Source of the DNA: a virus
Lineage: Duplodnaviria > Caudoviricetes
Virus record (IMG/VR): IMGVR_UViG_3300025759_000446
Coordinates: 1 to 30,217 of that record
DNA: 30,217 bases
Strand: one strand, 5' to 3'
Made by a program: the position numbers and the translations under genes
Shown here: positions 18,649 through 27,605 of the stretch, in pieces
Numbering within the stretch: position 1 is the first letter of the stretch
How the letters are laid out: each line of letters begins with the position of its first letter
Notes under the pieces: generated by a model
Databases searched by the model: none
What the model saw: only the letters and a program-made list of their open reading frames with translations
What the model was told of the DNA's origin: nothing

Positions 18649-18811
18649 AAAATAATTCTACTCCTTCTATTATTATTATTGCTAATAATTCTAGTGCTAA
18701 GATTGTATGATAGACAGTCCACAAAACTGTTTGCTTTTGTTGTTTCTTTTTACAATTACAACGCTTACGTCTTGGTTTGTCTATGTGGTCAAATATGCTA
18801 CTGTCTGTCAT
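18638..18811 (-). CDS. 57-aa putative membrane protein
   Basis: Hand translation MTDSSIFDHIDKPRRKRCNCKKKQQKQTVLWTVYHTILALELLAIIIIEGVELFYGL*; TAATG coupling to nrdA. Not in the ORF track. Confidence 0.6.
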   Translation of the reverse strand: MTDSSIFDHIDKPRRKRCNCKKKQQKQTVLWTVYHTILALELLAIIIIEGVELFYGL

Positions 18812-20565
18812 TATCCCTCACACGATAAACAATCAGCTTCAGGTATGATTGTTCTTTCTACTTTTTTAGACACTAACTCTGCACGTTTAATAGCTTCTGA
18901 ACGACAGTAGTATAATGTTTTTAGTTTACGTTTCCAAGCTAACATGTGTATATCATGTAGCTCTTTAACATTTACATCAGCAGGTACAAACACATTTATA
19001 GATTGTCCTTGACAAATATATTGTTGTCTGTCTGCCGCATGTTCTATTACCCATTGTTGGTTAATCTCAATCGCAGTCTTGAAAGTATCTTTCTCATAGT
19101 CCGATAACTCTTTAAGGTGTAATACCGAGCCACGATTTGCAAGTATTGAAGTCCAAGTCTCATCATTATTAATTCCTTTCTTCTCTAATAATTTTTCTAA
19201 ATATTTATTCTTTACTAAGAATGAACCTGACATTGTTTTCTGCACATAGGCATTTGCTCTGTATGGTTCTACTGAAGGTGATGTAGTACCACAGATAATA
19301 GAAGACGAAGCATTAGGTGCAATAGCTAATAAGTGTGCGTTACGCATACCAGTACCTTCCATGTCTGGTGCTTCACCTCTTTTAATTGCAAGTCTTTTAG
19401 ACTCTTCTACTGCTTGTGCTTTTATTGTTTTAAATATTTTTAAATTTAATGACTTAGCTAGTACAGATTCAAACGGTATACCTTTAGATTGTAAGTAAGC
19501 ATGGAAACCCATAGCACCTAAACCTAAACTTCTTTCATTGTTTGCACTAAACCTAGCTCTAAATAATTCTTCAGGTGCATTATCAATAAAGTATTGTAAT
19601 ACATTGTCTAAGAATCTAATTAAGTCTGGTATAAATAATGTGTCATTCTTCCACTCGTCATACTTTTCTAAATTTACAGAAGACAAACAACATACTGCTG
19701 TTCTATTGTCACTTGTTGGTAAAGTTATTTCAGTACATAAATTAGAATGATGTACTTCTAAACCTAATTTCTTTTGTGTTTCAGGTAACGCATCATTAAT
19801 AGTATCAATAAAAGATACATAAGGCTCACCTGTTGCTACTCTTGTTTCTAAAATCTTTTGCCATAACTCTCTAGCAGATATAGTACGTACAACTTTTTTT
19901 GTGTGTGGGTCTACAAGATTCCAACTGTCATCATACGTAGGTTCTTTTATACAATTATCTATTAGTTGCATAAACTCATTACTAATGTTTACACCATGAT
20001 GTAAGTTAAGACATTTTCTATGTATGTCACCACCACTAGGTTTTCTCATTTCAATAAATTCTATAATTTCTGGGTGTGATATATCCATGTACGCCGCATA
20101 ACTACCACGTCTTGTTTTGCCTTGAGAAAATGCAAGTATCTCTGAGTCTACTACATGTAAGAATGGAATAGAACCTGATGATTGTGAACCACCAGATGTC
20201 ATAGTGCCATCACTTCTTATGTGTCCCCAGTAACCACCGATACCACCACCCACAGAAGCCAACCAAGCATTTTCTGTGTAGTGTCCTGTTAATCCTTCTC
20301 TACTATCACCAACATAATTTAGGAAGCATGAAATAGGCATACCCCTTTTACTTCCTGCGTTAGACAAAACAGGTGTAGAGTACATAAACCATAGCTTAGA
20401 CGCATAAGAATAAATACGTTCAGCCATTTCATCATTATCTGAAAATGCTTTAGCCGCTCTTAAAAATCCATCTTGCGGTGAATCTTCTGTAGGCAATAAG
20501 TATCTATCTTTTAATGTTGTCTTACCAAAATCTGTAAGCAACTCGTCTCTACTATAATCTATCAT
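18811..20565 (-). CDS. nrdA: Ribonucleotide reductase class I alpha subunit (no ATP cone)
   Basis: STPVLSN, ISCFL, SNLCTEI, CCLSS, AIAPNAS, KTLYY, C-terminal CLSCEG. Confidence 0.96.
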   Translation of the reverse strand: MIDYSRDELLTDFGKTTLKDRYLLPTEDSPQDGFLRAAKAFSDNDEMAERIYSYASKLWFMYSTPVLSNAGSKRGMPISCFLNYVGDSREGLTGHYTENAWLASVGGGIGGYWGHIRSDGTMTSGGSQSSGSIPFLHVVDSEILAFSQGKTRRGSYAAYMDISHPEIIEFIEMRKPSGGDIHRKCLNLHHGVNISNEFMQLIDNCIKEPTYDDSWNLVDPHTKKVVRTISARELWQKILETRVATGEPYVSFIDTINDALPETQKKLGLEVHHSNLCTEITLPTSDNRTAVCCLSSVNLEKYDEWKNDTLFIPDLIRFLDNVLQYFIDNAPEELFRARFSANNERSLGLGAMGFHAYLQSKGIPFESVLAKSLNLKIFKTIKAQAVEESKRLAIKRGEAPDMEGTGMRNAHLLAIAPNASSSIICGTTSPSVEPYRANAYVQKTMSGSFLVKNKYLEKLLEKKGINNDETWTSILANRGSVLHLKELSDYEKDTFKTAIEINQQWVIEHAADRQQYICQGQSINVFVPADVNVKELHDIHMLAWKRKLKTLYYCRSEAIKRAELVSKKVERTIIPEADCLSCEG

Positions 20566-20978
20566 AATTTAACTCTCTCTACTTTCTCTTTTTTAATGTC
20601 AATAAAATCTGCTCTATCTATTATTGCATGGTCAACCTTGACTGGGTCAAACTCATCTAAGAATAATAAAACTATTTCTTTGTCTAGCGTACCACATGTG
20701 TAGACATCTAACTGCACAATAGCAGGAGATACTTCGTCCCAACAATGCAGTGCAATATGTGAAGTCTCTATACATTGCACCGCAGTAATGCCTTTGTTCT
20801 CTTCTTTGTTTACATACACAGCAGTAGGTCTACCTAATGGACGCATACCTATTGCTTTGACTAACTTACGCAACCACTTCTTTACTTTACGTATGTCTTG
20901 TGGTGGCTGTTTAACTTCAGCTCTAATTATAATATGTTTATGTTGTAACATCTGGTGTGTCTGTAACTTTTGGTACAC
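20562..20978 (-). CDS. speD: SpeD/AdoMetDC-family pyruvoyl-dependent decarboxylase proenzyme (start probably 20951)
   Basis: KH.I, G.T....IETSHIALH.W.E, LDVYTCG resemble the class 1b AdoMetDC signature (ESH.S.HTWPE...D.FTCG). Confidence 0.8.
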   Translation of the reverse strand: MYQKLQTHQMLQHKHIIIRAEVKQPPQDIRKVKKWLRKLVKAIGMRPLGRPTAVYVNKEENKGITAVQCIETSHIALHCWDEVSPAIVQLDVYTCGTLDKEIVLLFLDEFDPVKVDHAIIDRADFIDIKKEKVERVKL

Positions 20979-21168
20979 CTTCTTTTTCTATAATAAAATC
21001 AATGTACTGTTTTGCTTTTTTTAAATCTTCAAGACCACCTTTACCACGCCAACGTGTTATGTATTTCACAACATTGCCTTCGCAATACGTGAGACCATTA
21101 GCTATAATATAATCAATAGGTTCTATCTCTTTGTTAGCATAGTGCGGTGGGTTTTTTATATTGTCCAT
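20938..21168 (-). CDS. DUF3310 / T7 gp1.7-like putative nucleotide kinase
   Basis: NPPHY...IEPID...GN..KY..R...KGGLEDL.KA..Y signature. Confidence 0.85.
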   Translation of the reverse strand: MDNIKNPPHYANKEIEPIDYIIANGLTYCEGNVVKYITRWRGKGGLEDLKKAKQYIDFIIEKEGVPKVTDTPDVTT

Positions 21169-21917
21169 AATTTAACCTTACCTGTTTTTTTGTTGTAGTC
21201 ACCATGCCTTAGTATTCTAGCAACTCTAGCTTGAGCTAGTGCTTCTTTAGCAGTGTAACCTTTATCTTTGTATATACCTTTTACTATTTTCCATAAGTCT
21301 TTTAATGGAACATTAGTATATTTTTGTATAAGTTTATTTGCAGTAACTACACCAACACCATCAATGCCATCATAGCCATCAACTTTATCACCAGTCAATG
21401 TCTGTATCATAAAGTTATAGTCAGCCATTCTTGGTGGTATCTGTTCTACATTTAAACCGTCAGCAGATAAGTTACATGGTACTGTTCGTAAATCTTTATC
21501 TATACTAACTACAATTCTTTCTTCATTAGTTGGCTCAGTTGCCATGATACCTAACACATCATCAGCTTCTAAGTTATCCCACATTACACCATTATGTTTT
21601 TTCATAACATAGTCACGCAATGCTTTTAATGTCATTGGCTTACGCTTCTGTCTTCTGTTATCTTTGTAAGAAGGTAAGACATCTTTTCTAAAGTTGTTCT
21701 TATCTGTCAATGCAACAACATAATCATCTGCACCAAATGATGAACCTAAGTCATCTATCACTGCATCTACATCTGCTTTACATTTATTCTCATCACAATG
21801 TAATGTCCATAGTCCATCACCCCAATGAGTATCTACTTCGTTATTGACTGCAATTTGATATAATAAAATATCACCATCAATCAATATTACTTTTCTACCT
21901 TTTAGTTTATCACTCAT
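21156..21917 (-). CDS. gp6: 5'-3' exonuclease
   Basis: LIDGD, NFR....P.YK.NR, LEADD..GI, S.DKDL, GD..DGY motifs. Confidence 0.93.
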   Translation of the reverse strand: MSDKLKGRKVILIDGDILLYQIAVNNEVDTHWGDGLWTLHCDENKCKADVDAVIDDLGSSFGADDYVVALTDKNNFRKDVLPSYKDNRRQKRKPMTLKALRDYVMKKHNGVMWDNLEADDVLGIMATEPTNEERIVVSIDKDLRTVPCNLSADGLNVEQIPPRMADYNFMIQTLTGDKVDGYDGIDGVGVVTANKLIQKYTNVPLKDLWKIVKGIYKDKGYTAKEALAQARVARILRHGDYNKKTGKVKLWTI

Positions 21918-21921
21918 AATA

Positions 21922-22296
21922 TTATCCTATGTTCTTTTTTAAAAATAATTCAGCAAGAGGAACTAGAACAAACCTACTTCTATTACCATCACCGCCGCTT
22001 TTAATATTCTTGATATATTTTTTTGCCAATTTTTTTACGGTTGCAGTATCAAATATCAAACGACAATAATCTTTATCACCGTTAGCTAGTATATGCACCC
22101 AGTAGTCAGCTTCAGTTGCCATGATACCTGACGGTTTACCATAACATTCTACTTCTATTGCAATGTTATTAGTTTTAAACCACCAGTCTCTTTCTGTTTT
22201 GACTTCCATTTTGGTTTTGTCTTTATCAAGAATAGATACAATTCTGTTTTCTCTCTCCTGTCCATACTTTAAATCTTTATCAAACTTCTTATTCAT
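21922..22296 (-). CDS. Hypothetical protein, possible PD-(D/E)XK nuclease fold
   Basis: G...E...EVK.E......N..IE.....KPSG...T.ADYW pattern. Confidence 0.55.
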   Translation of the reverse strand: MNKKFDKDLKYGQERENRIVSILDKDKTKMEVKTERDWWFKTNNIAIEVECYGKPSGIMATEADYWVHILANGDKDYCRLIFDTATVKKLAKKYIKNIKSGGDGNRSRFVLVPLAELFLKKNIG

Positions 22297-23993
22297 TAAT
22301 GTGTTTCACTCCAATCATTTCCTATTTTATATTCTCCTGTTAAAGGTAGTCTTAATTGGAAGTGTTCGCCAGTACATTGGATTGCTTTGACAGCTAACCT
22401 ACCAACGGTCTCTGCATCTTTCTCAAGACACTCAACCTGTATTTCATCATGCACCCAAACAACCTGTTGGGCTTCAGGTATATCCTTAATTAATTTATCA
22501 AACTCAACAAGCCATTGTTTACAAACCAGTGCTCCTGAACTTTGTAGTAATGTATTGAGTGCCGCATGAGCTGAACGAACTTTAATCTGTCTTTTATCAA
22601 GACCAACTAAATGTCCTCTCTCTGCCGCTAATTGTACTTGCTCTATTAATTTACTTAGAGCAGGTAAGTTGTTTAAGAATCTTTTTTTAATCTTAGATGC
22701 TTCGCTAACTTTTTTACCAGTTACTTCAGCGATACGTTTAACGCCACCACCATAAAGAAAGCAATAATAAAAACGCTTTGCTAAATCTCTTGAGTCTAAT
22801 CCTGCAAGAGTTTGTGTCTCTGTATGTATGTCACCATCTAATACAACTTTTGTATACTCACCGTTGTCATACTTAGACATAAAGTGTGCTAACATTCTAA
22901 CTTCTAATCCTGATATATCTATACCTACTAGCTTTTTACCACTAGGTACAGTAAATAAACTTCTACATTCTTTACCAAATGGTACAGACACGCTTGGTAC
23001 TTGTGCCATGTTAGGAAACGAATGACTTGCACGTGCTGTTACAGTTGAATTAGTATTACATGTGCCATGTATCTTACCATTCTTTTCATGTTTCAACCAT
23101 GCTTGTGTGCCTGTAGCTAGTTGTGCAATTCTTTTATCTAATAAGAAATGTTCGCATAAAATTTTTGCTTCAGGATATTCCAGTTTACTTAATACAGTAT
23201 CATCTAGTTTTGGTTTACCATCATTAGTAAATTCTTTAGCTTCCCAACCATACTTAGTTTTTAATCTATCAGCTATGTGATGACGTGAACTAGGATTAAA
23301 GACAGTAACTCTATCTTTTAATTGCTTACCTGTTTTTTCTGATACTCTCTTCTCTGTAATAGGTAAAAATATTTTTTGTAGTTGTTCTTCTAACTCTATT
23401 CTTCTAGTATTTAATTTAGTATATAACTTCTCGGCTTCCTCTTTATTAAAAGTAAAACCATATCTTTCTTGTCTAAATATTAACTCGGCAACATCATGTT
23501 CTAAATCCATTGCTTGTTGAGAATAACCTTTTTTCTCAATCATATTGAATAAAGTGTGAGTAACCTGAACATCTTGAATACAATACTCTAGCATACCCAC
23601 ACTAAATTCTTTCCAATCTGTATCAAACTGTTCTTTATATTCGCCCACCCTGTTACCCCACGCTTTCAAGCTGTGTCTGCCAATACAGTCTCTTGGAAAA
23701 TTTTTATGTTTAAAATCTTGGTCTTTAATATCAGGGAATAACAATCTAGTTGCTACTATAGTATCAAAAACTTTTGCAGTTGATTTTAAATTATAAAACT
23801 TTTTAAGAACTGGTATGTCAAACTTGATAATGTTATGACCAATAATTAATTCTGCTTGTTCTAATTTCTTTACAGCTTCTTCATTATTAAGATGAAGTAT
23901 TTTGTTTGTGTCTATATCTTTTAAAATTATACAGTGAACTTTTGTAGCTGTATCTAAAAATCCATCTGTTTCTATATCAAAGCAATATCTCAT
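22296..23993 (-). CDS. gp5: DNA polymerase family A with 3'-5' exonuclease
   Basis: FDIETDG, GHN...FD, YC.QDV, D.SGLE.R, R..AK...Y..LYG, VHDE.Q. Confidence 0.97.
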   Translation of the reverse strand: MRYCFDIETDGFLDTATKVHCIILKDIDTNKILHLNNEEAVKKLEQAELIIGHNIIKFDIPVLKKFYNLKSTAKVFDTIVATRLLFPDIKDQDFKHKNFPRDCIGRHSLKAWGNRVGEYKEQFDTDWKEFSVGMLEYCIQDVQVTHTLFNMIEKKGYSQQAMDLEHDVAELIFRQERYGFTFNKEEAEKLYTKLNTRRIELEEQLQKIFLPITEKRVSEKTGKQLKDRVTVFNPSSRHHIADRLKTKYGWEAKEFTNDGKPKLDDTVLSKLEYPEAKILCEHFLLDKRIAQLATGTQAWLKHEKNGKIHGTCNTNSTVTARASHSFPNMAQVPSVSVPFGKECRSLFTVPSGKKLVGIDISGLEVRMLAHFMSKYDNGEYTKVVLDGDIHTETQTLAGLDSRDLAKRFYYCFLYGGGVKRIAEVTGKKVSEASKIKKRFLNNLPALSKLIEQVQLAAERGHLVGLDKRQIKVRSAHAALNTLLQSSGALVCKQWLVEFDKLIKDIPEAQQVVWVHDEIQVECLEKDAETVGRLAVKAIQCTGEHFQLRLPLTGEYKIGNDWSETH

Positions 23994-24274
23994 AGTATAA
24001 TCTTTTTCTTTTTTAATACGTTGCTAGAAGGTATTGTAGTTATATTTCCTACATCACCTAGTGTACCATTGTCTTCAAAGTTTACATCAGCAACTAATAT
24101 GTGAACGTCTTTGTCTTCTTTAATTAACCAACCTGTTGATATACAAATTGTTGGTTTACTGTTCATGGCATCTTTCAAAGTTTTCCATGAGCTGTCAGAA
24201 TTTATATCCGACCATGTCAGTTGTACATAGTCTGCGTTTAATATCTTTTTAGTAACGTGTGGTAATGGTCTCAT
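23990..24274 (-). CDS. Hypothetical protein (start probably ATG 24274)
   Basis: TAATG coupling with the upstream ORF; W.D....W...C.S.GWL......G..TTIP pattern recurring in phage hypotheticals. Confidence 0.65.
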   Translation of the reverse strand: MRPLPHVTKKILNADYVQLTWSDINSDSSWKTLKDAMNSKPTICISTGWLIKEDKDVHILVADVNFEDNGTLGDVGNITTIPSSNVLKKKKIIL

Positions 24275-24492
24275 TAGTGTACCGTATGTGTTTGTATGTG
24301 AACATTCCAAGCGGCATCTTCTCCACTAAATGCAAGAGACAACAGTGCTTCTTGTAATACCATAGCAGAAGTTTCTTTACCTACGTGTAAAGTAACAGGT
24401 ATTCCTGTTCTCTTTGCTCTACCTACAGCTTCCATAACATACATTGTCCATGTCATAGCCGCTTTTTTATGTTTAATATAATTAGAAGTCAT
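24274..24492 (-). CDS. Hypothetical protein (72 aa)
   Basis: Overlaps the primase-helicase end, GAGGTG RBS, fills the gap. Confidence 0.6.
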   Translation of the reverse strand: MTSNYIKHKKAAMTWTMYVMEAVGRAKRTGIPVTLHVGKETSAMVLQEALLSLAFSGEDAAWNVHIQTHTVH

Positions 24493-26080
24493 CTAACACC
24501 TCTGCTTTTACTTCAGATAAACAACCTGTTTGTAAATCATAATGTAAACTACATGCACTACCAGTCTCACCAGAGAATCTATTTTTTAGTATAGATACTT
24601 TTGCTATATTGTTTTCTGATTTTAAATCCCTACTCATACTAATAACTAAATCTGATAGTTGTGCTATTGATTGACTCCCTCTTAAACTACTTAATGTTAC
24701 TTGTTTACCATCTTCAAAACCTTTGTCACCTTCAGTTGACCTACGCAAATGACTGACTAAGATTAATCCAATGCCTGTCTCTTCTACTAATGTTCTAAGT
24801 TTACTTACAAAGTAGTCTATAAGTTTTCTTTCATCATTAGTATGCTCATCACCTAGTGCTGACAATGCCATGTGTAAATGGTCTAGTATTACCCAGTCAA
24901 CATTACATGCTTTAGCTAAGTATCTTATCTTTGACAATAAGTTATCTGCTACGGTTGCACCGAAGTGATTGTATAAATAAAAATTGCCATTACCAATAGT
25001 AGAGGTAAAGGCGGTATGAAGTTGTTTCTCATCTACTCCTTCTCTTGTTAAATGTAATGGTTGTTTTAAATGTACACCCATAATACCAAGTGCACTACGT
25101 TTAATACTTTCTTCTAGTGCTATGTAACCCACTGTGTATTTTTGTTCTAATAAACTAAGTGCAACATGTCTACAAAAGCTAGACTTACCTACACCACTAC
25201 CTGCTGTTACAGTTACAAGCTCACCTTTACGTAATCCATGAGTCTTTACGTTCATACATTCAAAAGGATATTTTGCTGTAACATACTCATCTTCTTTTTG
25301 TATATCACTCCAAATATCAGCACCAAGTATAATACCATCAGGTCTGTATGCTTTACTTGACCATATACAATCTGTTAATTCTTTTACTTTACCTGCAAGT
25401 ACCATCTCGTTTGCATCTTTTAATGGTAACGTACATATCTTTGCTTTGTTAGGTGTAAGTAATTTAGCACATTCTATTGCACCTTTCTTACCCTGCTCGT
25501 CTTGGTCAAAACAAAAATACACAGAGTCAAATCCTTCAACCCACTCTAACTCTTTTTGTATATCTCTCTTTGCTCCTTGAGCTCCTGATTTTATACTGAC
25601 AACAGGAAATTTATTCTGGTTGATAGCAGATATACTCATTGCATCTATCTCGCCTTCTGTAATAATCAACATCTTACCTTTGTCTCTCCACAAATGCTGA
25701 CCAAATAAACCTGCTTCTCTTGCGTCACCTAACCACTGAAATGTTTTATCAGGGTATCTAAGTTTTTGTGCAACAAGCTCTTTGTCTTTGTTGTAGTAGT
25801 TTGCTATTTGACATGGTCTACCAAACCATGCACCAGATTGATAATTAAATTTTTGAACTGTGTTGTAATTAATTTTACGTTTACTTAATTCCGTAATACT
25901 ACCTTCAATAAATTCTTTACTGGTTTCTGTTGCTATTGGATTATTCAAATCGTTTCCTCTTGTTGTTGTATTGCATGAAAAACAATATGTATGTCCGTCA
26001 GAATAGACGGAATTGGCATCACTAGAATTGCAGTTGTCGCAAGACGTATGATATAAAAATTCACTTTCAGTTTTTTGCAT
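24482..26080 (-). CDS. gp4: DNA primase-helicase
   Basis: Cys4 zinc finger (CDNC...YCFSC), TOPRIM EGEIDA and FD.D, Walker A GSGVGKS, LDH, LRGS, KNR..G. Confidence 0.97.
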   Translation of the reverse strand: MQKTESEFLYHTSCDNCNSSDANSVYSDGHTYCFSCNTTTRGNDLNNPIATETSKEFIEGSITELSKRKINYNTVQKFNYQSGAWFGRPCQIANYYNKDKELVAQKLRYPDKTFQWLGDAREAGLFGQHLWRDKGKMLIITEGEIDAMSISAINQNKFPVVSIKSGAQGAKRDIQKELEWVEGFDSVYFCFDQDEQGKKGAIECAKLLTPNKAKICTLPLKDANEMVLAGKVKELTDCIWSSKAYRPDGIILGADIWSDIQKEDEYVTAKYPFECMNVKTHGLRKGELVTVTAGSGVGKSSFCRHVALSLLEQKYTVGYIALEESIKRSALGIMGVHLKQPLHLTREGVDEKQLHTAFTSTIGNGNFYLYNHFGATVADNLLSKIRYLAKACNVDWVILDHLHMALSALGDEHTNDERKLIDYFVSKLRTLVEETGIGLILVSHLRRSTEGDKGFEDGKQVTLSSLRGSQSIAQLSDLVISMSRDLKSENNIAKVSILKNRFSGETGSACSLHYDLQTGCLSEVKAEVLDDF

Positions 26081-26103
26081 AAAATTTTTTGTCTAATTAT
26101 TTA

Positions 26104-26140
26104 GGGGTGATAGTTTCCACTCTCGCTTCTCTACCACCCC
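26104..26140 (-). promoter_or_regulatory. Stem-loop between gp3.5 and gp4 (possible RNase III or translational control site)
   Basis: GGGGTGGTAG pairs with CTATCACCCC (one G-U), enclosing a purine-rich loop and GC-GAGA-GT; no U tract. Confidence 0.55.
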
Positions 26141-26146
26141 AACAAA

Positions 26147-26575
26147 CTATCTCAGCAACTCTGATACATCAAAGTGCGGAGATACGGAGTCTGCCACATC
26201 TCTGTGACCTACTATCTCAACCCCACTGTAATCCTGTTTCAACTTTTTAACGAGGTTTACCAAAGCGGTGTACTGTTTGAACGTGTAATTACAGTCAGGT
26301 TGTCCATCTGTAGTTTTTCCGCCTACTAAGCAGATACCTATGGAATTTTTATTAGACAATTTTAGAGAACCATCAGCAATATGTGCTCCTGCTATTTGTA
26401 TGTCTCTACCATCTTGTATTGTTCCATCTCTTTTTATTATTTTATGAAACGCACAAGAAAACAAACCGTCTTTACGGTGTTGTGTGTCAATATCTTTAAC
26501 ATCAAAGTCTTCTTTAGGTGAAGACTCACTGCTATGTATTACTATGTATTTTGTTTCTGTTCTCAAATTGCTCAT
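26147..26575 (-). CDS. gp3.5: T7 lysozyme (gp3.5)-like amidase homologue, catalytic residues substituted
   Basis: IVIH, H.IIKRDG....GR, GAH, NSIGICLVGG, GH.DV..P.FD; ATGA overlap with gp3 favours start 26575. Confidence 0.9.
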   Translation of the reverse strand: MSNLRTETKYIVIHSSESSPKEDFDVKDIDTQHRKDGLFSCAFHKIIKRDGTIQDGRDIQIAGAHIADGSLKLSNKNSIGICLVGGKTTDGQPDCNYTFKQYTALVNLVKKLKQDYSGVEIVGHRDVADSVSPHFDVSELLR

Positions 26576-26979
26576 AACCACTCTATTGGAATATGTTTGT
26601 CAGCATACTTAAATCCGTATTTCTCACACCACATTCCGTAAGTTGTTTTACTTTTTTTACTAATTCTTTGTTTACTATTACTAAATATAAATCTTATGTC
26701 TAACTCAGGGTGTTGTTCTTTTATAAATCTCATCTTTTTTCTGTCTTGAGATGTGAACAAACCTTTTGTCTCTATAAAAAAATCTTTTTCTTTTAAATAA
26801 AAATCAGGTGTATATGTATGTACCTTCTCAGGCACAGTGTATTTTAATTTAATCTTTTCAAATTCGTATTTAACTTTGTTTAAGTCAAGCTCTTCTGATA
26901 TTGCTATCTCCAAGCCTGACCTAAAACCGTATTTAAGACCTACTTGATTAGAAGTCAGTTTGCGAGTTTGCCACTTCAT
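26572..26979 (-). CDS. gp3: Endonuclease I (Holliday junction resolvase); start uncertain
   Basis: FRSGLE, YTPDF, IETKG.F...DRKK, HPELDIR..F, K.S.TTY..WC.K.G. Confidence 0.95.
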   Translation of the reverse strand: MKWQTRKLTSNQVGLKYGFRSGLEIAISEELDLNKVKYEFEKIKLKYTVPEKVHTYTPDFYLKEKDFFIETKGLFTSQDRKKMRFIKEQHPELDIRFIFSNSKQRISKKSKTTYGMWCEKYGFKYADKHIPIEWL

Positions 26980-27562
26980 TTTCAAATGTCTTGTCTTCTG
27001 GTGCAACGTAACCATCTTTCACCTCGTCAAAGCCGTAACCTTTTGAGTTACCTGCTCCACCCTCTACAAGTTTAGTTATCTGCACTGCCCTTAATCTAAG
27101 GCTTACTCCTGCACCTGCCATAGCTGTAAAATATGGTATCAACTCTGCTGATACTTTCATCTCACTGCCTGACCAGACATTAGCATCAACCATAGGTTTC
27201 CCTGCACTATCAAAGATAGCAACTTTATTTGGAATAACTTTACCATCTCTAGTTATGATTTTAGCTTTAGTCTTAAACTTGAAGATAAGATTTCCAGTAG
27301 GTTTACCTTCAATGATTTCCTCTTCGTATGGAAGATTTGCCATTTTAGGTTCTTTACCTTTAGTCTTCTCTTTAGCAAGAGTAACACTTTTCTTAATCTC
27401 ATCATCAATCGCTTTGACAACTGATTGAGACTCTTTCGCATTGACTATAAGGTTGGTCTTATAATGACCATCTTGGTCAAATTGCGTATCAGGAGTTGTA
27501 AGCCATGCGTATTGTGAAATACCTATTGGCGTAACAATCCTTACATTGTTGTTTTTAGACAT
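26948..27562 (-). CDS. gp2.5: Single-stranded DNA-binding protein
   Basis: TP.G...Y.WL..PD, FKFK, W.GS, G..LRL.AVQ...LVE; acidic tail ending in Phe. Confidence 0.93.
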   Translation of the reverse strand: MSKNNNVRIVTPIGISQYAWLTTPDTQFDQDGHYKTNLIVNAKESQSVVKAIDDEIKKSVTLAKEKTKGKEPKMANLPYEEEIIEGKPTGNLIFKFKTKAKIITRDGKVIPNKVAIFDSAGKPMVDANVWSGSEMKVSAELIPYFTAMAGAGVSLRLRAVQITKLVEGGAGNSKGYGFDEVKDGYVAPEDKTFENEVANSQTDF

Positions 27563-27586
27563 ATTTTTAAGTCTCCTTTTTTATTG

Positions 27587-27603
27587 TCTACTAGGGGTAC
27601 TTT
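27587..27603 (-). promoter_or_regulatory. Putative phage RNAP promoter (phi2.5 equivalent)
   Basis: AAAGTACCCCTAGTAGA between RNAP stop and the SSB RBS. Confidence 0.75.
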
Positions 27604-27605
27604 TC

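Noticed and set aside
18431-18810. Intron or homing endonuclease between nrdA and nrdB
   Set aside because: Both genes are complete and the gap is filled by two short ORFs without HNH, GIY-YIG or LAGLIDADG motifs.
26104-26140. Intrinsic terminator after gp3.5
   Set aside because: No U tract follows on the coding strand.
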